This document shows positions 54,442 to 61,613 of a DNA stretch of 64,000 nucleotides, one piece after another. The position numbers and the translations under genes were made by a program. The stretch spans positions 82,358-146,357 of the forward strand of contig CAXULQ010000005.1 in assembly GCA_964251965.1 (NCBI GenBank), in the 5' to 3' direction. The notes under the pieces are model-generated. The model had not been told where the DNA came from. It worked only from the letters and a program-made list of their open reading frames with translations, and did no database searches. Numbering within the stretch: position 1 is the stretch's first letter; each line of letters starts with the position of its first letter. The stretch is from an uncultured Sphingobacteriaceae bacterium. GTDB taxonomy: Bacteria > Bacteroidota > Bacteroidia > Sphingobacteriales > Sphingobacteriaceae.

Positions 54442-56892
54442 ATGAAAGTTTTAAAGTTCGGAGGCACATCCGTAGGTTCTGCCGAAAGCATCCAAACGCT
54501 GCTGCAAATCGTTAAAAAAGAAAGTGCAGTTTCCGGCAATCCGGTTGTAGTTGTTTCTGCGATGAGCGGCGTAACTAACCTGCTTTCTAAAATGGCCGAA
54601 AAAGCTTCCGTTGGAGAAGATTATGCGCTTTATCTGTCGGAATTAGAAACGCGCCATTTTGCAATAATTAAAACTTTGCTGGATGTGCAGCGGCAAAATC
54701 CGGTTTTTACCAAGCTTAAACTCTATTTTAACGAATTGGAAGATTTGCTGCAAGGAGTTTTCAGTTTGAAAGAACTCACGGCGCAAACCCGCGATTTGAT
54801 TTTAAGTTATGGCGAGCGTTGTTCGGCTTTTCTAATCAGCAAAATTGCTGAACAGCACTTTGCAGAAACCTGTTTTGTGGATGCAACCGAACTGGTAAAA
54901 ACCGATAGCAATTTCGGCCAAGCGCGTCTCAACACAGAATTGACCGAGCAACTGATCCAAGTTTTTTACCAGCAAAAACAGCATCAGGTTTTGTTCGTAA
55001 CCGGTTTTATCGGCAGCAACGATAAAAACCGGATTACCACTTTAGGCCGCGGCGGAAGCGATTATACCGCTGCAATTTTTGGTTCGGCATTGAATGTAGA
55101 AGAAATCCAGATCTGGACAGATGTAAACGGTATGATGACTGCCGATCCAAGAATGGTGAAAAAAGCATTCCCGCTGCCCGAACTTTCTTACACCGAAGCG
55201 ATGGAACTTTCTTACTTCGGTGCAAAAGTGATTTATCCGCCAACAATGATTCCGGCGTTTTTAAAACGTATTCCAATCGCCATTAAAAATACGTTTGAAC
55301 CGGAAGCTCCCGGAACCGTTATTCGCCATGATTGCGGCAAATCCAACCTCACGATCAAAGGGATTTCTTCGATTAACGAAATCAGCATCATCAATTTAGA
55401 AGGCAGCGGCATGGTTGGAAAAGCTGGGTTTAGCGGTCGGTTATTTTCGCTTTTGGCGCGGGAGCAGATCAACGTAATTTTGATTACGCAATCTTCTTCC
55501 GAGCACAGCATTACTTTCGCCATTCATCCGGCAGATGCGTTGAAAGCACAGCATTTGATCGAACAGGAATTTGAACTGGAGTTGCACGCCAAGAAATTAG
55601 AGTATCCAGTTTTCGAGCAAAACCTTTCCATTTTGGCTATTGTTGGCGAAAACATGAAGCAAACGCCTGGCATGTCTGGCAAGTTGTTTTATGCTTTGGG
55701 CAGAAACGGTGTAAATGTTCGGGCGATTGCGCAAGGTTCTTCGGAGTACAATATTTCCGTTGTGATTTCCCGTCCCGATCTTAATAAAGCATTAAACGCC
55801 GTTCATGATGCTTTTTTTATCGAACTAAATAAAACCCTGAACGCTTTCTGTTTGGGCACGGGAAATATCGGTAAAACTCTTTTCAACCAACTGCAGTCGC
55901 ACAGCAACTTTTTGCAGGAACATAACGGAATCCAGGTAAAAATTGCCGGCATCAGCAATACGCGAAAAATGGTTTTTGATGATAACGGCTTGTCGCTGAG
56001 CAACTGGCAGGAAACTTTGGATGCTTCCACAGAAGCGGCCGAATTGGAACTTTTTGTGGCGCGAATGCGGGAAATGAACTTGCCGAATGCGGTTTTTATT
56101 GATAACACGGCCAGTCCGAAACCAATTACTTTTTACGAAGAGATTTTTAAGTCGAACATTTCCATCGTAACCTGTAATAAAATCGGCAATTCCGGCAGTT
56201 ACGAACAATATAAAAAGTTTAAGGATGCAGCCCGAAGTTACGGCGTTGATTTTTATTACGAAACCAACGTTGGTGCCGGTTTGCCCATCATCCAGACGTT
56301 AAAAAACTTAATGCTTTCCGGAGATCGGATTTTGAAGATCGAAGCTATTTTATCGGGAACGATTTCTTTTATTTTTAATAATTTTAAAGGTGATGCCAAC
56401 TTTTTTGAGGTGGTAAAAGAAGCACAGGAAAAAGGTTATACCGAACCAGATCCGCGCGATGATTTAAGCGGTATGGATTTTATGCGAAAAATGCTGATTT
56501 TAGCGCGCGATGCCGGTTATCCGTTAGAAGCAAGTGATGTAAAACTGGAAAATATGTTGCCAAAAGCAGCAATCGAAGCCGGAACTGTAACCGAGTTTTA
56601 CGAAGCTTTACAAGCCGAAAACGCCTATTTTAATGCGATAAAAACAGCAGCGGAAAGCAACGGAAAAGTGCTGCGCTACATCGGGAAATTAGAAAACGGA
56701 CAAGTTTCGATCACCTTGCAACAGATTGATGCCGATCATGCTTTCTACTCGCTTTCGGGCAGCGATAACGTAATTTCCTTTACCACAGAACGTTACAAAG
56801 ATCGTCCGTTAGTGGTAAAAGGCCCCGGTGCAGGAGCGGAAGTTACAGCTGCCGGTGTTTTTGCTGATCTCGTGAATGTTGGTGCGCATTAA
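54442..56892 (+). CDS. thrA: bifunctional aspartokinase / homoserine dehydrogenase
   Basis: MKVLKFGGTSVG kinase start, ACT region, and a C-terminal HSD domain (GTGNIG, GAGLPII). 816 aa. Confidence 0.93.
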   Translation: MKVLKFGGTSVGSAESIQTLLQIVKKESAVSGNPVVVVSAMSGVTNLLSKMAEKASVGEDYALYLSELETRHFAIIKTLLDVQRQNPVFTKLKLYFNELEDLLQGVFSLKELTAQTRDLILSYGERCSAFLISKIAEQHFAETCFVDATELVKTDSNFGQARLNTELTEQLIQVFYQQKQHQVLFVTGFIGSNDKNRITTLGRGGSDYTAAIFGSALNVEEIQIWTDVNGMMTADPRMVKKAFPLPELSYTEAMELSYFGAKVIYPPTMIPAFLKRIPIAIKNTFEPEAPGTVIRHDCGKSNLTIKGISSINEISIINLEGSGMVGKAGFSGRLFSLLAREQINVILITQSSSEHSITFAIHPADALKAQHLIEQEFELELHAKKLEYPVFEQNLSILAIVGENMKQTPGMSGKLFYALGRNGVNVRAIAQGSSEYNISVVISRPDLNKALNAVHDAFFIELNKTLNAFCLGTGNIGKTLFNQLQSHSNFLQEHNGIQVKIAGISNTRKMVFDDNGLSLSNWQETLDASTEAAELELFVARMREMNLPNAVFIDNTASPKPITFYEEIFKSNISIVTCNKIGNSGSYEQYKKFKDAARSYGVDFYYETNVGAGLPIIQTLKNLMLSGDRILKIEAILSGTISFIFNNFKGDANFFEVVKEAQEKGYTEPDPRDDLSGMDFMRKMLILARDAGYPLEASDVKLENMLPKAAIEAGTVTEFYEALQAENAYFNAIKTAAESNGKVLRYIGKLENGQVSITLQQIDADHAFYSLSGSDNVISFTTERYKDRPLVVKGPGAGAEVTAAGVFADLVNVGAH

Positions 56893-56945
56893 TTGTTAAA
56901 CTTTAAATCCGGTCTTTCATCTTCGGTCCCCGCTCTCCTAAAAAA

Positions 56946-57881
56946 ATGAAAAATTCTATAAAAGTATTTGCCCCGGCCACCGTTGCCAATGTGGTTTGCG
57001 GTTTTGATGTGCTGGGGTTTGCCGTGAATGCTCCCGGCGATGAAGTGGTTATGCGGCGCGTAGAAAAACCGGGCATCACCATCAAAAAAATTACCGGTGA
57101 TGATGGCCGTTTGCCTTTGGATGCTGCCAAAAATACGGTTAGTGCGAGCGTAAAACATTATCTCGATCATATCGGTCAGCCGGATTTAGGGATCGAAATC
57201 GAACTTTATAAAAAAATGCCGATTGGCAGCGGTTTGGGTTCGAGTTCTGCAAGTACGGTTGCGGGATTATTCGCTATCAATTCACTGTTAGATAATAAAT
57301 TAACACAAATAGAATTGGTTCCATTTGCGATGAAAGGTGAAGAACTGGCTTGCGGTTTTGGACATGCAGATAATGTTGCACCAGCTTTATTGGGCGGATT
57401 TGTGCTGATCAGAAGTTACGATCCGCTGGAAATTATCCGTTTGCCGCATCCGGAAAGCTTGTATTGCGCCATCATTTTCCCGGAAGTGGATGTGCCGACA
57501 AGAGATGCAAGGGAGATGATCCGAAAAAAAGTATTTCTAAAAGATGCCGTAACACAATGGGGTAATATTGCCGGTTTGGTAAGCGGTTTATTTTTGAAAG
57601 ATATTGACCTGATTGGCCGCAGCATGAAAGATATTCTGGTGGAGCCTGTCCGTTCTATTTTAATCCCGGATTTTTATAAAATGCGCGAAATGGCGATGGA
57701 AAGCGGTGCCGTAAGTTTCGGGATTTCCGGTTCCGGGCCATCCGTTTTTGCTTTTACCAAAAGTGAGGCCGATGCTGTTTTTATCACCCAAAAAATTGCA
57801 AAGCATTTGGCCAGCCTCCAAATAAAAAGTCAAACTTATGTTTCACCAATCAATGATAACGGACCGATGATTTTGGATTAG
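56946..57881 (+). CDS. thrB: homoserine kinase
   Basis: GHMP kinase motif PIGSGLGSSSAS, 311 aa. Confidence 0.92.
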   Translation: MKNSIKVFAPATVANVVCGFDVLGFAVNAPGDEVVMRRVEKPGITIKKITGDDGRLPLDAAKNTVSASVKHYLDHIGQPDLGIEIELYKKMPIGSGLGSSSASTVAGLFAINSLLDNKLTQIELVPFAMKGEELACGFGHADNVAPALLGGFVLIRSYDPLEIIRLPHPESLYCAIIFPEVDVPTRDAREMIRKKVFLKDAVTQWGNIAGLVSGLFLKDIDLIGRSMKDILVEPVRSILIPDFYKMREMAMESGAVSFGISGSGPSVFAFTKSEADAVFITQKIAKHLASLQIKSQTYVSPINDNGPMILD

Positions 57882-57902
57882 TTAAGTTTCCGGTTGCCAA
57901 TT

Positions 57903-57944
57903 CCTCGCATCTCAAACCTCGCTTCTCGCACCTAAAACCTCAAC
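57903..57944 (+). repeat. six tandem degenerate heptamers, G-poor, ending at the thrC ATG
   Basis: cctcgca tctcaaa cctcgct tctcgca cctaaaa cctcaac then ATG. No complementary arm nearby. Confidence 0.55.
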
Positions 57945-59267
57945 ATGAAACTCTACAGTACTAACAATAAAACCCACGAAGTATCTTTTCAGGAAGCTGT
58001 TTTTAACAGTTTGCCGCAGGATAACGGTTTGTATATGCCTGTGGAAATACCGCGTTTACCGGATGATTTTCTGGAAAATTTGCATCAGTATCCGTTGCCG
58101 GAAATTGCTTTTCGCGTAGCCGATAATTTGTTGCAAGGTATTATTCCTGCGGAGGATTTGAAAGCGATTATTGATGATGCGATCAACTTCCCGGCACCGG
58201 TTGTTAAGCTGACGGAAGATAAATATGTGCTCGAACTTTTCCACGGACCGTCATTGGCTTTTAAGGATTTTGGGGCGAGATTTATGAGCCGCGTAATGGC
58301 TTATTTTCTCCGCGAAGGCGAAAAGGAGCTGAACGTTTTGGTGGCCACTTCCGGCGATACCGGCGGCGCAGTAGCTTTGGGTTTTCTGGGCGTTCCGAAT
58401 ACGTTGGTTACAATTTTGTACCCGAAAGGAAAAGTAAGTTTGATCCAGGAATTGCAGCTGACCACCAACGGACAAAACATTCGCGCCATCGAAATTGACG
58501 GTACGTTTGATGATTGCCAATCACTTGTAAAACAGGCTTTTGTGGATACAGAACTGAATGAAAAGTTCCGGCTGACATCTGCAAATTCCATCAATATTTC
58601 CCGTTTAATCCCGCAAACTTTTTATTATTTCAATGCGGTTGCACAATTGCAGCATGGAGGCAAAACGGATGTTGTTTTTGCTGTTCCGAGCGGAAATTTT
58701 GGTAATATTGGCGCAGGTTTATTGGCCTGGAAAATGGGTTTGCCGGTAAAACATTTCATCGCCGCAACCAACGCGAATGATACGGTTCCAACTTTTTTAA
58801 ACGGTGGCATTTATCAGCCTAAACCTTCGGTAGCAACCATTTCTAACGCGATGGACGTGGGCAATCCAAGCAATTGGGTACGGATTATGAATTTATTTCA
58901 GGAAGATCAGGCTGAAATTAGCAAACTGGTAAGCGGTTATAGTTTTAATGATGCGCAAACGGAAGATGCTATTCGTCAGGTTTTCTACATGCACAATTAT
59001 GTGGTTTGTCCGCACACGGCTATTGCGTATTTGGCTTTGGAAGTTTGGCAGAAACAACATCCGCAGGAAAATAATACCGGCGTTTTCCTGGCAACTGCAC
59101 ATCCATGTAAATTCCCGGATGTTTTTACAGATGAAATTACTGCCGAAATTGAAATCCCGGAACAAGTTTTAGAATTGATGGATAAACCTAAAAAAGCTGA
59201 TAAACTTGGAATGGGCTATGCTTCTTTTAAGGCATATTTATTGGCGGAGCAAGGGACCTCAATTTAG
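57945..59267 (+). CDS. thrC: threonine synthase
   Basis: PLP-lysine motif SLAFKDFG, 440 aa. Confidence 0.92.
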   Translation: MKLYSTNNKTHEVSFQEAVFNSLPQDNGLYMPVEIPRLPDDFLENLHQYPLPEIAFRVADNLLQGIIPAEDLKAIIDDAINFPAPVVKLTEDKYVLELFHGPSLAFKDFGARFMSRVMAYFLREGEKELNVLVATSGDTGGAVALGFLGVPNTLVTILYPKGKVSLIQELQLTTNGQNIRAIEIDGTFDDCQSLVKQAFVDTELNEKFRLTSANSINISRLIPQTFYYFNAVAQLQHGGKTDVVFAVPSGNFGNIGAGLLAWKMGLPVKHFIAATNANDTVPTFLNGGIYQPKPSVATISNAMDVGNPSNWVRIMNLFQEDQAEISKLVSGYSFNDAQTEDAIRQVFYMHNYVVCPHTAIAYLALEVWQKQHPQENNTGVFLATAHPCKFPDVFTDEITAEIEIPEQVLELMDKPKKADKLGMGYASFKAYLLAEQGTSI

Positions 59268-59277
59268 ATTTTTTGGT

Positions 59278-59291
59278 GGTAAAAGAAGTAT
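59278..59291 (-). repeat. abundant-oligomer copy (ggtaaaagaagtat), 11 nt after thrC stop
   Basis: ttttttggtggtaaaagaagtat is nearly identical to 3335-3358. Confidence 0.6.
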
Positions 59292-59322
59292 ATAAATGAT
59301 GCGCATCAAGAATAATAGTGCG

Positions 59323-59330
59323 TATATTTG
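59323..59330 (+). promoter_or_regulatory. candidate -7 box (TATATTTG) for the vapBC-like pair
   Basis: Exact TAnnTTTG ending 3 nt before ATG 59334, which implies a leaderless or very short-leader mRNA. Confidence 0.3.
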
Positions 59331-59333
59331 GAT

Positions 59334-59579
59334 ATGAAAAGTAAAGTTAACCTTACGATTGAAAAAGATTTGCTTTCAGAAATCAAATCTTATGCCGCAG
59401 AAAAGCAGATAAGCATTTCGGAATTGGTAGAGCATCATTTTAAGCAGCTAACAAAACCTAAGAGGAAATCCAAAATATTTGATATGGTAGAAAATCTTGA
59501 TATTAAAGAAAAATTTGAATCAATCCCTGATTTGAAAAAGGCATATTACGAAGATAATGCTGCAAAGTATGGCTTCTAA
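59334..59579 (+). CDS. small antitoxin-like protein upstream of PIN toxin
   Basis: 81 aa from ATG 59334. Overlaps the PIN gene start (ATGGCTTCTAA overlap). I do not recognise the fold family with confidence. Confidence 0.55.
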   Translation: MKSKVNLTIEKDLLSEIKSYAAEKQISISELVEHHFKQLTKPKRKSKIFDMVENLDIKEKFESIPDLKKAYYEDNAAKYGF

Positions 59580-59991
59580 AATACTATTAGATGCCAACGT
59601 TTTAATTGATTTTTTACTAGAACGAGAAGGTTTTGAAGTATCTAAAAGGCTGTTAAATACAATTCTTTATCATCCCTATAAAGTATTCGTTACACCTGCT
59701 ATTATTCACATTACTTCCCATTGGGTGAAGAAGTCGTTAGGTGTTGAAACTACAAAAATCTTATTGTTAGAGCTTTTAATAGATATAAATACCATTGATT
59801 GCAACCATAAAACGGCTATTTTGGCACTATCTTCAAACATGACTGATGTGGAAGATGCACTGCAATATTATACTGCTTTGCAACACGGTTTGGATTTTGT
59901 TATTACACAAGACAAAAATTTCCAAAAGCAGGCTATTCCATCTCTTCCAATTTATTCTCCACAGGAGTTTTTGACAACTTTTATCGATTAA
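59569..59991 (+). CDS. vapC: PIN-domain ribonuclease toxin (VapC-like)
   Basis: ILLDANVLIDFLL N-terminal acidic motif plus later DVEDALQ and ITQD acidic residues. About 140 aa. Confidence 0.7.
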   Translation: MASKILLDANVLIDFLLEREGFEVSKRLLNTILYHPYKVFVTPAIIHITSHWVKKSLGVETTKILLLELLIDINTIDCNHKTAILALSSNMTDVEDALQYYTALQHGLDFVITQDKNFQKQAIPSLPIYSPQEFLTTFID

Positions 59992-59997
59992 TTATTC

Positions 59998-60603
59998 ATG
60001 ATCAACACCATCATTTTCGATTTAGGCAACGTTTTAATCAACTGGGAACCTAAACTTTTATACAACAAGATTTTCGATTCCGAAGAAAAAACTGATCATT
60101 TTATAGAAAATATTTGCACGCTGGCCTGGAATGAAGAACAAGATGCAGGCCGGACTTTAAAACAAGGAACTGATATTTTAATTGAACAATATCCTCAGTA
60201 TAAAACAGAAATCGAAGCTTATTACGACCGTTGGGAAGAAATGCTGGACGGTGCAATTGAAGGATCAGTAGAAATTTTTAGGCTATTAAAAGCCAGCGGA
60301 AAATATAAAATTTATGCGTTAACCAATTGGTCATCAGAACTTTTTCCTGTCGCCTTGCGCAACTTTGAATTTTTAAACTGGTTTGATGGCATTGTGGTTT
60401 CGGGCAATGAAGGCATCCGCAAACCGCATCCTGATTTTTTCCAGATTCTGTTTGACCGTTATCAAGTGAAACCGGAAGATGCTGTTTTTATCGATGATAA
60501 TTTAAGAAATGTGGAAGCTGCGCGAAAATTAGGAATTCAATCCATCCGTTTCACTTCCGCAGAACAACTGGAAAAAGAGTTACAGGATTTAAACATTTTG
60601 TAA
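59998..60603 (+). CDS. HAD-superfamily hydrolase (subfamily IA)
   Basis: Motif I IIFDLGNVL, motif II ALTNWS, motif IV VFIDDN. Confidence 0.85.
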   Translation: MINTIIFDLGNVLINWEPKLLYNKIFDSEEKTDHFIENICTLAWNEEQDAGRTLKQGTDILIEQYPQYKTEIEAYYDRWEEMLDGAIEGSVEIFRLLKASGKYKIYALTNWSSELFPVALRNFEFLNWFDGIVVSGNEGIRKPHPDFFQILFDRYQVKPEDAVFIDDNLRNVEAARKLGIQSIRFTSAEQLEKELQDLNIL

Positions 60604-60619
60604 AACCTCAAATCCTGCA

Positions 60620-60633
60620 ATGCTTCTTTTATC
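60620..60633 (+). repeat. abundant-oligomer copy (atgcttcttttatc), between convergent HAD and metF genes
   Basis: gcaatgcttcttttatcgacctaaaatc shares its first 22 nt with the copy inside gatA at 10342. Confidence 0.65.
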
Positions 60634-60642
60634 GACCTAAAA

Positions 60643-61596
60643 TCAAAACACTGCTTTTGCAATCCGTTTGGTTGGTTCTGCATTGCCCATCGTGTAAAAA
60701 TGTAACACCGGCGCGCCCATTTCTTTCAGTTCTTTACATTGGTTAATCATCCATTCAATCCCAACTTCTTTTACGTCTTTTTCGGTTTTGCAGGCTTGTA
60801 CCGCATCGCTTAAATCTTCCGGAATATCAATGTGAAATATTTTAGGCAGATTGACAAGCTGTTTGGAAGTTGTCAGCGGCTTTAAACCCGGAATTATGGG
60901 AATGTTAATATCGTTTTCGCGGCAGCATTTTACAAATTCTGCGTATTTGGAATTATCAAAAAACATTTGCGTTACCATAAAATCTGCGCCCAAATCAACC
61001 TTCTTTTTTAGAAACTGGAAATCAGTTTTCATGTTCGGCGATTCAAAATGCTTTTCCGGATAAGCAGCAATGCCAGTGCAAAAATCGGTTTTAAAAGCTT
61101 CGTGGTCTTCGTGCAGGTAAATGCCATTGTTCATGTTTTTTACCTGCTCTAATAACTCGGTTGTGTATGTATGTCCGCCTGGTGTCGGCACAAAACCGGC
61201 ATCGCCTTTTCGGGCATCTCCGCGTAAAACCAACACATTATCAATGCCCAGAAATTGTAAATCGATCAGCGCATATTCGGTTTCTTCTTTGGTAAAACCT
61301 CCACACAATAAATGCGGAACGGCATCTACTTTATAACGGTTCATGATGGCTGCACAAACCGCAACCGTTCCCGGGCGTTTGCGGTAAGTTAGTTTTTCCA
61401 GTAAACCGTTGGCGCGTTCTTTATAATAATGATCTTCACGGAGGGAAGTTACATCAATAAACGGCGGATTAAGTTCCATCAAAGGATCAATCGCATCAAA
61501 AATTCCCTGTATGCCGTGGCCCTTAATTGGAGGCAAAAGTTCGAAAGAGAAAAGAGTTTTACCAGTTGCGTTCTTAATATGATCAGTAATTTTCAT
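60643..61596 (-). CDS. metF: 5,10-methylenetetrahydrofolate reductase
   Basis: 317 aa with FSFELLPP and VLRGD motifs. Lies 17 nt downstream of metH. Confidence 0.9.
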   Translation of the reverse strand: MKITDHIKNATGKTLFSFELLPPIKGHGIQGIFDAIDPLMELNPPFIDVTSLREDHYYKERANGLLEKLTYRKRPGTVAVCAAIMNRYKVDAVPHLLCGGFTKEETEYALIDLQFLGIDNVLVLRGDARKGDAGFVPTPGGHTYTTELLEQVKNMNNGIYLHEDHEAFKTDFCTGIAAYPEKHFESPNMKTDFQFLKKKVDLGADFMVTQMFFDNSKYAEFVKCCRENDINIPIIPGLKPLTTSKQLVNLPKIFHIDIPEDLSDAVQACKTEKDVKEVGIEWMINQCKELKEMGAPVLHFYTMGNAEPTKRIAKAVF

Positions 61597-61613
61597 TTAT
61601 TCAGTTAGTATAA

